The position numbers and the translations under genes are program-made. The notes beneath the pieces are model-generated. The model was not told the DNA's origin. It was given only the letters and a program-made list of their open reading frames with translations, and ran no database searches. A stretch of DNA of 64,000 bases from Nitrospira sp. (GTDB lineage Bacteria > Nitrospirota > Nitrospiria > Nitrospirales > Nitrospiraceae): NCBI GenBank assembly GCA_009594995.1, contig VOPR01000010.1, forward strand, positions 31,062-95,061, given 5' to 3'. This document shows, piece after piece, positions 39,959-49,454 of this stretch (the stretch's first letter is position 1; each line of letters begins with the position of its first letter).

Positions 39959-41383
39959 ATGAAGCATCTTGCAATTCTCGGCGCCGGTCCTGGCGGATAT
40001 GTGGCGGCAATTCGTGCGGCCCAATTGGGCGCGCGCGTCAGCGTGATTGAGAATCAGGCGTTGGGCGGTGTGTGCCTGAATTGGGGATGCATTCCCAGCA
40101 AGGCGTTGCTGTCGGTGGTGGAGCTTGGCGACAAGGCGAAGAAGGCGAAAGACTTCGGTCTTCTGCTCAATGGCCCGGTTGCCTATGATCCGGTGGTCAT
40201 GGTGGCCAGAAAGAACAAGGTCGTCTCCACGCTGGTCAAGGGCATTGCCACGTTGTTCAAGACCTGGAACATCGAGCATGTGGAAGGCACAGGCGAGCTG
40301 CTGGATGCGCGAACCATTCGCGTTACCAAGCGCGACGGCAGCGAAGTACACGTGGCTGCGGATGGCATCATCATCGCAACCGGTTCGTCATGGCCGAACC
40401 TGCCGCTCTTCCCCATCGACGGCACCCAGATCATCACCAGCAAGCAAGCGCTGGATCTCGCGCGAATTCCTGCGAGCCTCCTGATCGTGGGTGGGGGAGT
40501 GGAGGGTTGTGAGTTTGCCTCCCTGTATAGCGGGCTGGGCACGCAGGTGACGGTGGTTGAGCTCGTGCCGCGCCTCCTGCCGCTGGAGGATGAGGAAATC
40601 AGTCAGACCATGGAGCGCGAGCTGAAGAAGCGGGGCGTGGATGTTCGGACCGGTGTCACGGTGGACGAAATCGTGCGGCAGCCCGATGTGGTGACGGCCC
40701 ACCTTCGCGATGGCCTCTCGTTGAACGTGGAGCAGGTATTGGTCTCTGTGGGGCGGGGGTTCAATTCGCGCGGAATCGGACTGGAAAAAGCCGGGGTGCA
40801 GGTGGGCGCGCGGGGCGAGATTGTCGTCAACGAGCGGATGGAAACGAATGTCCCGGGAGTCTATGCCATTGGCGACGTCGTGGGAAAAGCCATGCTCGCG
40901 CATGTGGCCTCGCAGCAGGGCAAGGTGGCGGTCGAGAATTTTATGGGCCACTCCCGTGCGATTGATTACGATGTCATCCCGACCGGCATCTTTACGTTAC
41001 CTGAGATTGGTCGTGTGGGTTTGACGGAGCAACAGGCCCGCGACCGGTGCGTCGGCGCGGGGAAAGATCCGCAGCAGGGGGTGAAGGTTGGGCGTTTCCG
41101 CTACGGCGGATTAGGGAAGGCGCAGGCGACGGGGGATATTCAAGGCTTCGTGAAGGTTGTGGTGGATGGAGAGAGTGATAGGATACTCGGTGTTCACATT
41201 CTCGGCGCCCATGCGACGGATCTGATTCATGAAGCTGCGCTGGCGATGCATGTTGGCGCGACCGTCTCACGAGTCTCCGAGATGATTCATGCGCATCCGA
41301 CACTCGCTGAAGGACTCATGGAGGCCATGGAGGATGTGCATGGCCATGCGATCCATCTCGCGCGGAAGACGCCGACGTCATGA
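39959..41383 (+). CDS. lpdA: Dihydrolipoamide dehydrogenase
   Basis: GAGPGGY, GGVCLNWGCIPSK, HAHPTLAE. Confidence 0.95.
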   Translation: MKHLAILGAGPGGYVAAIRAAQLGARVSVIENQALGGVCLNWGCIPSKALLSVVELGDKAKKAKDFGLLLNGPVAYDPVVMVARKNKVVSTLVKGIATLFKTWNIEHVEGTGELLDARTIRVTKRDGSEVHVAADGIIIATGSSWPNLPLFPIDGTQIITSKQALDLARIPASLLIVGGGVEGCEFASLYSGLGTQVTVVELVPRLLPLEDEEISQTMERELKKRGVDVRTGVTVDEIVRQPDVVTAHLRDGLSLNVEQVLVSVGRGFNSRGIGLEKAGVQVGARGEIVVNERMETNVPGVYAIGDVVGKAMLAHVASQQGKVAVENFMGHSRAIDYDVIPTGIFTLPEIGRVGLTEQQARDRCVGAGKDPQQGVKVGRFRYGGLGKAQATGDIQGFVKVVVDGESDRILGVHILGAHATDLIHEAALAMHVGATVSRVSEMIHAHPTLAEGLMEAMEDVHGHAIHLARKTPTS

Positions 41384-41922
41384 TGCAATCTTTGCTGATT
41401 AAAGTGGCGATGTTGGCCGTGACTCTGGGGTCGCTCATCTGGATCGCCTCGGTCACCCCGGTCACGAAGGTGATGCCCGGTCAGCCTCAGCTGCTGCCGA
41501 AAAGTCCCGTGGCGACGGTGTCGTCGCCGCAACCGTTGACTGTCTCAGCTTCGAGGCCAACTCCGGCGAGTGCCAGTCAGTCAGTCGCCATTCCGGACCG
41601 GCCCCTGTCGAGGCCTCTTGAAGAGAGCGGCCTGACAGCATTGCGGGAAAAGGCTCCAGCCGAATCAGGTGCTACTCGCCACGCGGGTGCGCGACAGGTT
41701 GATCTGAATCAGGCGACGGTCTCCGATTTAGAAGCCTTGCCCGGCATTGGTCCCAAGTTGGCACAACGGGTCATTGAACATCGCGATGAGCGCGGCCCGT
41801 TCCGCACCGTTGAGGACCTGCGGCAGGTCAGAGGTATTGGCCGAAAGAAATTTGACCGTCTGCGCCCTCACGTGTTGGTAACCAATACCAGATCGCTGGC
41901 CAGACACAAAGGAACCCTGTGA
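41380..41922 (+). CDS. comEA: ComEA-family helix-hairpin-helix DNA-binding protein
   Basis: N-terminal TM, low-complexity linker, VDLNQA...L.ALPGIGP.LA.RV...G.F..VEDL..VRGIG. Confidence 0.88.
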   Translation: MMQSLLIKVAMLAVTLGSLIWIASVTPVTKVMPGQPQLLPKSPVATVSSPQPLTVSASRPTPASASQSVAIPDRPLSRPLEESGLTALREKAPAESGATRHAGARQVDLNQATVSDLEALPGIGPKLAQRVIEHRDERGPFRTVEDLRQVRGIGRKKFDRLRPHVLVTNTRSLARHKGTL

Positions 41923-43136
41923 CTCCCGTAACGCAACAGCTGGATCTCATACTTCGAGGGATTGTTGAGGTTATTCAGCAGAGTGAGTTGGAATCGAAGC
42001 TGGCTCGGTCGATCAAGGAGAACCGTCCGCTCCGTATCAAGGCAGGCTTCGACCCCACGGCGCCGGATCTGCACCTCGGCCATACGGTCTTGATCCATAA
42101 GCTGAAGCATTTCCAAGACCTCGGGCATCAGGTGATTTTTCTCATCGGCGATTTCACAGGGATGATCGGTGACCCCACCGGGCGGTCTGAAACCCGTGTC
42201 GCGCTGTCGAAAGAAAAGGTATTGGAGAATGCTAAGACCTACGAGCGCCAGATCTTCAAGATTCTGGATCCCCAAAAAACCCTGGTGGAATTTAACAGTC
42301 GCTGGATGAGTGCAATGACGGCCGACGGACTGATCGAGCTGAGCGCCCACTATACCGTTGCTCGCATGTTAGAACGGGAAGACTTTCACAAGCGATACAC
42401 GGAGGGGACGGCGATCAGCATCCATGAGTTCATGTATCCCTTGATCCAGGGGTATGATTCCGTCGCGCTCAAGGCTGATGTCGAGTTGGGCGGCACGGAT
42501 CAGAAATTTAATCTCCTGATGGGGCGGGATCTGCAGCGGGACTATGGGCAGGAGGCGCAGGCGGTCATCACCATGCCGTTGCTGGAGGGGACCGACGGTG
42601 TCCGAAAGATGAGCAAGAGTTTCGGGAATTACATTGCTCTGGAGGATACCCCTGCCGATATGTTCGGCAAACTCATGTCGATCAGCGATACGCTCATGCA
42701 TCGATACTACGAACTCCTGACAACCGAGGATTTGGCTCGTGTGAAAGGCGCCCATCCCATGGAGGCCAAGCAGGGGTTGGCTGAGCAGATCGTTGCTCGC
42801 TACCACGGAGCAGAGGCTGGGCGAGAGGCTAGGAGCGCATTTCAGCAGAAATTTCAGGCGCGGGAGTTCCCGGAGCAGCCAGACGCCCATGTGGTACTGA
42901 CGGTATCCGACGTGAAGGATGCCACGGCTCCCTCGATTGGCCTGGTCGATTTGATTGCGAAGACGGGCCTTGTGCCGAGCAAGAGTGAGGCGCGCCGGCT
43001 GATTGTGCAGGGTGGAGTGGAGGTTGAGGAGCAGAAAATGACTGATGCGAATGCCACTGTTTCTTTGACCGCCGGCAAGCTCCTGCATTTGCGAGTCGGT
43101 CGACGAAAATTCGCCGTGGCTGAGTACAAAGCTTGA
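41919..43136 (+). CDS. tyrS: Tyrosine--tRNA ligase
   Basis: [29 protein letters not shown]-terminal S4 domain. Confidence 0.98.
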   Translation: MTPVTQQLDLILRGIVEVIQQSELESKLARSIKENRPLRIKAGFDPTAPDLHLGHTVLIHKLKHFQDLGHQVIFLIGDFTGMIGDPTGRSETRVALSKEKVLENAKTYERQIFKILDPQKTLVEFNSRWMSAMTADGLIELSAHYTVARMLEREDFHKRYTEGTAISIHEFMYPLIQGYDSVALKADVELGGTDQKFNLLMGRDLQRDYGQEAQAVITMPLLEGTDGVRKMSKSFGNYIALEDTPADMFGKLMSISDTLMHRYYELLTTEDLARVKGAHPMEAKQGLAEQIVARYHGAEAGREARSAFQQKFQAREFPEQPDAHVVLTVSDVKDATAPSIGLVDLIAKTGLVPSKSEARRLIVQGGVEVEEQKMTDANATVSLTAGKLLHLRVGRRKFAVAEYKA

Positions 43137-43205
43137 GGCGGTGTGATCAGTTGCCTTGACTTAGCACCAAGGCCGGCGTAGGATCCGAATTCCCTGTAGC
43201 AAGGG

Positions 43206-43280
43206 GCGGGCGTAGCTCAGTGGTAGAGTCCTTGCTTCCCAAGCAAGTTGTCGTGGGTTCAAATCCCATCGCCCGCTCCA
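43206..43280 (+). tRNA. tRNA-Gly(CCC)
   Basis: Acceptor stem GCGGGCG/CGCCCGC, anticodon arm CTTGC-TTCCCAA-GCAAG, GGTTCAAATC, terminal CCA; promoter TTGACT-17-TAGGAT at 43156-43184. Confidence 0.97.
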
Positions 43281-43514
43281 AAATCACCCCATTCCCGTAA
43301 TTGACCTCTTCATCCTACTCCTTGCTCCCAACCGCGGAATAGGTCACTCGGAAATCCATAGTCCCTTGCTGTTCTTGGTGGAAGCGCTGAGAAATGTCCT
43401 GGGGGGATGAGCTATGCCCTTACAAGATTGCTGGGCCTTGCCCATCATTACCGGATGGGTAGCTGTTCATTGATGTATGGTGGTGCGAATGTTCGTGTGG
43501 CCAGGGCGGCCCTG

Positions 43515-44222
43515 CTATGCCAAGGCAGGCGGTCTGGTCAATCCATTCTGGTGCGCCCGGATGAGCAATTTTTGGCGATTCGAGACGCGGAGCTTGTCGA
43601 AAATGCTGGTGAGGTGGTGGCGAACAGTAATGCTCGAAATGCACAGGCGGCTGGCGATGTCCTTGTTGGAAAGACCTTCGCTGATTAAGCGAACGACCTC
43701 ACGTTCTCGCTCGGTCAAGCCATCCGGCTGGTTAGCCTGAGTGGGAGTCATTGGACTCAAGCCGGGAAGGTCTTTCTGGGTGGTCGGCACAGGGCGAACC
43801 GGTTGTCCCCCTAATGTCAACGAGACCTCTTTGCTTGATCGTGCTAGATGGGCGATCGTGGCAATGAGAACCGCCGAGGGTTGAACTTTCAAGACAATGC
43901 TGTCCACGCCGGACAGAAAAGCTTGTCGAGTGCATTCCGCATCGTCGAGGCCGCTTAACAGAATCGTCTTCACGCCGGGAATCGCAGATTTCAGCTTTTG
44001 GATGAGCTCCGGCACGGAGGTGCCATTTTCCGTGTCAATGATCGCGATGTCCGGGCGCTCGATCGCCAAAATCTCATCTAGGTGGGTGCCATAAATAGTT
44101 TGGCCGACCAGCTTGATCCATTTCTCAGCTTCGACAATTCTCTGCAATCCGAGGCAAAGAAGGTAATTGCTGCTGACGATCGCTACGACTGTTGGAGTTG
44201 TCGTTTCTTCAGTTCCGCTCAT
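43515..44222 (-). CDS. NarL/LuxR-family response regulator with atypical receiver
   Basis: LTERE.EV..LI.EGLSNK.IA.RL.IS..TV.HHL..IF.KL LuxR HTH; N-terminal REC-like domain; ATG at 44222 after GGAGGA. Confidence 0.9.
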   Translation of the reverse strand: MSGTEETTTPTVVAIVSSNYLLCLGLQRIVEAEKWIKLVGQTIYGTHLDEILAIERPDIAIIDTENGTSVPELIQKLKSAIPGVKTILLSGLDDAECTRQAFLSGVDSIVLKVQPSAVLIATIAHLARSSKEVSLTLGGQPVRPVPTTQKDLPGLSPMTPTQANQPDGLTEREREVVRLISEGLSNKDIASRLCISSITVRHHLTSIFDKLRVSNRQKLLIRAHQNGLTRPPALA

Positions 44223-44751
44223 CAATCCTCCTGAAAACACGTACTGCGCAGAGTCTGTCCATCTCGGATCAAACTGTATCTACGTAGTTAATGAAAAGAC
44301 TACGCAATGAAATCTAAGTTAAACAAGTGATTCCTAAGACCTTCGATGGCGCATAATCTCACACCCAGAGCGCTTCCGGCAATCGGTAAATGTCAGGAGT
44401 GTATAGCCATAAAGTCTTGCTGGCATTGGATTTCCCAAGATTGACAGTTTTACTTATACTAAAGATGTGAGTGTTCAAAAATGTGCACAGGTTGATGTAC
44501 GAGGTTCATACCTCGTATTGCAAGCAGGTTCATATGGTAAAACCTGAGCTTTCCTCCTGAATCTTTGAAATAGAAATACTGGTTTGTTTTAGTTCCGAAT
44601 CTTCGAACAATAATGCACGGATGATCCGGCACAAATGTACCAGTTGCCAGCGCTCTGGAAGCGTGATTCGGGCGGCACCAATGTCCGATGTAAACCAACG
44701 AAAAAATCTTTAAAACAGCGTTCAAGTTGATGGGACTCAGAGGGCGAAGCT

Positions 44752-45303
44752 ATGTTGAAGAGCACAGACTGTGGTCAGGCAGTTCAGATTCCCGAGCATC
44801 GCGATCTGGCAATCGATCTGCGGTGGTATGCGCTCAGCACGCGTTCTCGACATGAAAAGCAGGTCAGAGATCGCCTGGCAGGTATCGGGGTCGAACCGTT
44901 CCTCCCTATGGCTCGCACACTCAGCCAATGGTCTGATCGTAAGGTCTGGACCGAGACGCCACTTTTTTCGGGCTATTGTTTTGCACGATTCTCGCTGAGG
45001 CATAGCCACCCGGTGCTTCAAACGCCAGGTATTGTCAGGATCGTGGGTTCGGTCATGCCCGAACCCATTCCCGACGAGGAAGTGGCTGCCATCCAAACCC
45101 TCGCTGCCAGCCGGCGCCCGGTCGAGTCGCAGGATTATCTGTGTGAGGGGGCATGGGTAGAGGTTGTACGGGGTCCACTCACGGGATTGCGGGGACAACT
45201 CATCAGACGGTCGGGCCAGGACTGTATCGTTATTCGTGTACATCTGATTCAGCAAGCGGTTACTGTGCATATCGACAGGAACGAAGTGGTCTCGGTGCAG
45301 TAA
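44752..45303 (+). CDS. NusG paralog antiterminator (UpxY/RfaH-like)
   Basis: WYAL.TRSRHEK.V, WSDR, PLF.GY.F NGN domain; KOW motif G..VEV..GPL.GL.G; first gene of the polysaccharide operon. Confidence 0.9.
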   Translation: MLKSTDCGQAVQIPEHRDLAIDLRWYALSTRSRHEKQVRDRLAGIGVEPFLPMARTLSQWSDRKVWTETPLFSGYCFARFSLRHSHPVLQTPGIVRIVGSVMPEPIPDEEVAAIQTLAASRRPVESQDYLCEGAWVEVVRGPLTGLRGQLIRRSGQDCIVIRVHLIQQAVTVHIDRNEVVSVQ

Positions 45304-45365
45304 CCCTCCTTCCGCTTTCTCATTGCAACTCCTCCAGCTGTGAATTAATTCCCGCACTGAACGCC

Positions 45366-45644
45366 ATGCCCAAATCCCGTTTTTCTCACAACCAAATCGT
45401 GGCCATCGTGCGTGAAATGGAACACGTTCGCCCCTTAAAAGTCCTCGCGCGAAAGCATGGGGTATCGACGGCGACGCTGCATCGCTGGAAACTGCGGGTA
45501 GCCGACGATCAGACGCCTGCACGAGACCGGCTTCGTTCATTGGAAGTTGAGCATCGACGGTTGAAGAGCAAATTTGCAGAACTGTCATTGGACTATCTTT
45601 CGCTACGGGCGGCCCTAGTGGAAGACGTGAATAAAGAGTGCTAG
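45366..45644 (+). CDS. Solo IS3-family (IS407-group) OrfA-like HTH/leucine-zipper protein
   Basis: MPKSRFS.NQIV.I.RE...L.RKHGVS.AT..RWK...RLR.LE.E.RRLK..FAELSLD; no orfB follows. Confidence 0.75.
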   Translation: MPKSRFSHNQIVAIVREMEHVRPLKVLARKHGVSTATLHRWKLRVADDQTPARDRLRSLEVEHRRLKSKFAELSLDYLSLRAALVEDVNKEC

Positions 45645-45703
45645 GTGCATCAGTCGGCCGGACTTCGTCTTGCTGAAACTTTCAATAGTCTGGAGGGCGT
45701 ACA

Positions 45704-46417
45704 ATGCGTGGGTTTATCGCCTTGGCAATCGGATTCGTACTCGCTGGGGGCGTTGCTCCCCTGTTCCTGCAACCAATGGGCGCGTTCGCGCAGGGCAATT
45801 CTTCTGAAATCGCCGGAAAAGACGGCGCCGCTGCCTTTACGACCGCTCCGGCGCATACAGGCGGGCATGCACTCTCCAACATCGTCACGGATGCCTATAC
45901 GATCGGTGCCGAAGACGTGCTGGAAATTACGGTCTGGAGAAACGCAGATTTATCGAAGACCGTTCAGGTTCGGCCTGACGGGAAGTTTTCACTACCGGTC
46001 ATTCGGGATGTGGTCGCAGTCGGAAAAACTCCGTCCCAACTGGCCGATGAAATCACTCGTAAGCTGAAGGAATATGTCCAAAACCCCGTCGTGGCGATCA
46101 GCGTCCGGGAGGTGAATAGTTACAACATTTTCGTACTGGGCGAGGTCGTCAGACCGGGAAAATATCCGCTTAAGAGCAAGACCACCCTCTTGCAGGGAAT
46201 TACCATCGCCGGTGGGTTCACGCCAGTTGCTGCGAGAAATCAGGTGGTCATCTTTCGATTCACCGATAACGGATCCACGATGCAGACCGTGACGTCGAGT
46301 TACGATGACATCGTCTTGCGCGGCGGCATCACGGGAAATCTGGAACTCCGAGCGGGAGACACCATCGTGGTACCGAGTGAATCCATGGTTGTGTTCCCAG
46401 GGCAACAGCAACAATAG
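45704..46417 (+). CDS. Short OPX (Wza-like Poly_export plus SLBB) polysaccharide export protein 1
   Basis: Y.IG.EDVLEITVW.N.DLS..V.VRPDG.FSLP, VLGEV..PG.Y, AGGFT, L..GDTIVVP. Confidence 0.9.
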   Translation: MRGFIALAIGFVLAGGVAPLFLQPMGAFAQGNSSEIAGKDGAAAFTTAPAHTGGHALSNIVTDAYTIGAEDVLEITVWRNADLSKTVQVRPDGKFSLPVIRDVVAVGKTPSQLADEITRKLKEYVQNPVVAISVREVNSYNIFVLGEVVRPGKYPLKSKTTLLQGITIAGGFTPVAARNQVVIFRFTDNGSTMQTVTSSYDDIVLRGGITGNLELRAGDTIVVPSESMVVFPGQQQQ

Positions 46418-46445
46418 GACCCTCAATCAAGCAGGCAGAATTCAC

Positions 46446-47060
46446 ATGCAACTACAACACGTCATACATTTTATTGGACGGCTCTGCACAATTGCTTTCA
46501 TGAGCGTGGCTATGGCGGGCTGCGCAGCCACCATACAGGAGCGAGAATACGAGGCTCCGGGCGGATTCCTCCTTGGGCCGGAGGACCTTTTGGAAATAAC
46601 CGTCTGGAAAAATGCCGATTTATCGAGGATCACTCCCATCCGTCCTGATGGCCTGATCTCAATGCCGATCATCGGCGATGTACAGGCATCGGGCCTCACG
46701 GCGGACGGTCTGGCTCATCGAATCTCGGAGCGGCTCAAACAATTTGTGGCCGGAAACCCAGCTGTGTCGGTAAGTGTGAAAGAACTGAATAGTTATTCCG
46801 TCTATGTGCTGGGAGAAGTGACTAAGCCAGGTAAGTATCAGGCCAAATCGTATATCACGCTGTTGCAGGCTATCTCGATGGGTGGCGGTTTTACGGAATA
46901 CGCAAAGAAAAACAAACTCCAGGTCGTGCGGAACCGCTTAAACGGCGACAACAAGATCCACGAAACCCGGATCCCCATTCGGTATGACGATCTCCTGGCC
47001 GGGCAGGGGGAACCGGGCAATATGATTCTGCTGTCAGGTGACACTGTTATCGTTCCATAA
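46446..47060 (+). CDS. Short OPX polysaccharide export lipoprotein 2
   Basis: Lipobox MAGC; LGPED.LEITVW.N.DLS...IRPDG.ISMP; ends GDTVIVP. Confidence 0.9.
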   Translation: MQLQHVIHFIGRLCTIAFMSVAMAGCAATIQEREYEAPGGFLLGPEDLLEITVWKNADLSRITPIRPDGLISMPIIGDVQASGLTADGLAHRISERLKQFVAGNPAVSVSVKELNSYSVYVLGEVTKPGKYQAKSYITLLQAISMGGGFTEYAKKNKLQVVRNRLNGDNKIHETRIPIRYDDLLAGQGEPGNMILLSGDTVIVP

Positions 47061-47139
47061 GAACGCTTCCTGCCTTTAGCCGATGCCCAGGTAATTCCGG
47101 ACTGGCGCATTTCTCACATGATCCGATCTCCGGAGATCT

Positions 47140-48495
47140 GTGCGGCCGTCTGATTTTCCAGGTTGTCGTCATTCGTATACGGCGACAGGACCGCCACATG
47201 TAACACGTTTTCCGGTGATTAAATTGTGCTGTTATAGCAGGACTAAAACGAGGCACGGCAGGTTGCCTTGGATCGCCCCAGTTCTCATGTGGGTATTGGT
47301 CGTCGGAAGCGATTTGCTCAGTCCGATGCTCACGCGAGCAGACACGAAGGTGATCCCCACCGCAGTCTTGTCTGAGCGATACGATACCAATGTCTTCTAC
47401 GCTCCCCCGGAGTTGCTGCCTCAAGGACAACGCCGGAGCGATTTCGTGTCGACTCTTGCCGGTGGTGTGCAGTTGCTCCATAAGTCGAGGACGGTTGAAG
47501 CAAGCCTCTCTGGAGGCGCAGACGCTAACGCATATGCGTACAATACCGGTCTCAATTACTTCTCAACCACTGCTGATGCCTATGCTAGGCTTGACGGATG
47601 GGTGGGACAGTTTGCCGAAGGCGCAAAGCTGCTGGTTGCAGAACGATTTCGCTATACGCCGGAGCAACCAAGCTTTTTCAACGGAACAAAGGCCCAGGTT
47701 GTTGACGATCCATTCCTCAGGGGTATCCAGGGATTTCGGGCGAACACCTTCTCAAACACTGCCGCAGTGAATGGTGAGTATCCGATCTTTCGTGGTCTGG
47801 GTTTACAGGGAAGTTATTCTTTTTCCACATACCGGGTCGGGTCGATTCTGGTCCTAAGCAGCACGGGTGCAACATTTTTCGATACCAATGTCCATAGTTG
47901 GTCCATCGGACCAAGCTATCGCATCTCTCCCATCGACCATCTCTCGCTGTCCTATCAACAGAGTTTGGTCACGCAGACGATCACTACCGGAACGCAGAAT
48001 ATCGAATACAACACTCAGGAAGTGTGGGCGAACTATACGCGTGTGATGCATGACTGGACCGCGACAGTTCGAGGAGGTGCCACGCTCATAGAACCGGCCA
48101 GTAAAGCATTTCCCAGCGCAGCGCTAAGCGTAACGACCAATCCTGAACGTTCGACATTGGTTCGGTTGGATCTGTCACGGCAGGCGGCACCCTCATTCTT
48201 TATAGTTGGAGGGGCGACGATCAGCAATGTTGGACAATTGGTTGTTACTCATTATCTTTCGAAACGCTTCAGTCTCAGAGGAAGCGTCAGCTATGGCTAT
48301 AACGAGACCGTACCAGGAAAAACTGTGAAGTTTGAGAATTTCAATGCCCTAGCTGGTATCAACTATAGCCTGACAAGAGCGATGGCACTGGATCTCTCAT
48401 ACGGCTACAACAACTTTAAGCTGACGCAACCAGGTCTGCCGTTCGAGGTACAGAGAGACGTGATCATGCTTTCTTTGACCTCGCAATGGAAGTAG
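47140..48495 (+). CDS. Outer-membrane beta-barrel, polysaccharide-export associated (true start probably downstream, near 47260)
   Basis: Signal-like segment, E.YD.NV motif, alternating amphipathic strands, C-terminal aromatic residue (LSLTSQWK). Confidence 0.72.
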   Translation: MRPSDFPGCRHSYTATGPPHVTRFPVIKLCCYSRTKTRHGRLPWIAPVLMWVLVVGSDLLSPMLTRADTKVIPTAVLSERYDTNVFYAPPELLPQGQRRSDFVSTLAGGVQLLHKSRTVEASLSGGADANAYAYNTGLNYFSTTADAYARLDGWVGQFAEGAKLLVAERFRYTPEQPSFFNGTKAQVVDDPFLRGIQGFRANTFSNTAAVNGEYPIFRGLGLQGSYSFSTYRVGSILVLSSTGATFFDTNVHSWSIGPSYRISPIDHLSLSYQQSLVTQTITTGTQNIEYNTQEVWANYTRVMHDWTATVRGGATLIEPASKAFPSAALSVTTNPERSTLVRLDLSRQAAPSFFIVGGATISNVGQLVVTHYLSKRFSLRGSVSYGYNETVPGKTVKFENFNALAGINYSLTRAMALDLSYGYNNFKLTQPGLPFEVQRDVIMLSLTSQWK

Positions 48496-48584
48496 CCCCT
48501 GAGTTGTCTGGTGAAGAGACCTTGCTCAAGAGTGGATCTCGACAAAACTAGTGATCAACCTGGGAATGAAACTGAGGTAACGAC

Positions 48585-49454
48585 GTGGAGCAGATAGTGA
48601 AACTCGACACGATACCAGGGGGGGCGGTTGAGCAGGAGCCGCTGCTGGTGCTCCGCCCCAGGACGGGGTGGCAACAGCTCGGCCTGAAGGACCTGTGGCA
48701 ATATCGCGAGCTGCTGTATTTCCTCTGCTGGCGGGATATCAAGGTTCGCTACAAGCAGACGGCCCTGGGCGTGGCATGGGCGATCGTTCAGCCGTTGATG
48801 ACGATGGTGCTCTTCAGCTTATTTTTCGGCCGGCTCGCAAAGATGCCTTCGGATGGCGTTCCCTATCCGCTCTTCGTCTTCACAGCCCTGGTGCCGTGGA
48901 TGTTCTTCTCCAACGGCATCACGCAGTCAGCCGGCAGTCTGGTGGAAAATGCCAGCTTATTGAAAAAGGTCTACTTTCCGCGTCTGGCTGTTCCCATTGC
49001 GAGCATCATCGCTGGCGTGGTGGATTTTTTCTGTTCGTTCGTCGTGCTGATTGCCTTGATGTTGTATTACGGCGTGGTACCCTCGCTGTCCATTCTCACG
49101 CTGCCGTTATTTCTCGCACTGGCGTGTACGGCTTCCCTGGGCATCGGACTCTGGCTCTCCGCGTTAAATGTGCAGTTTCGTGATGTGCGATACGTCATTC
49201 CGTTTTTGACGCAACTCTGGTTGTTTGCGACCCCCATTGCGTATCCCAGCAGCCTGCTGTCCGAACCGCTACGGTCGCTGTATGGGCTGAATCCGATGGT
49301 AGGTGTGGTTGAGGGGTTTCGCTGGGCCTTACTTGGGACCGAGACATCGCCCGGACCGATGTTGTTGGTATCGTCGCTGGTAAGCGTGGTCGTATTGGTC
49401 ACCGGCGCGTTTTACTTTCGGCGGATGGAAGTCACCTTTTCCGACAGGGTATGA
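48585..49454 (+). CDS. wzm: ABC-2 polysaccharide transporter permease
   Basis: RDIKVRYKQT.LG..W...QPL, KVYFPR, RDV, TPI.YP, LNP. Confidence 0.93.
   Translation: MEQIVKLDTIPGGAVEQEPLLVLRPRTGWQQLGLKDLWQYRELLYFLCWRDIKVRYKQTALGVAWAIVQPLMTMVLFSLFFGRLAKMPSDGVPYPLFVFTALVPWMFFSNGITQSAGSLVENASLLKKVYFPRLAVPIASIIAGVVDFFCSFVVLIALMLYYGVVPSLSILTLPLFLALACTASLGIGLWLSALNVQFRDVRYVIPFLTQLWLFATPIAYPSSLLSEPLRSLYGLNPMVGVVEGFRWALLGTETSPGPMLLVSSLVSVVVLVTGAFYFRRMEVTFSDRV

Noticed and set aside
45341-45360. TGAATTAATTCCCG as a possible IS3 left end
   Set aside because: No matching right-end copy was seen and it lies very close to the ATG; an intact IS is not supported.
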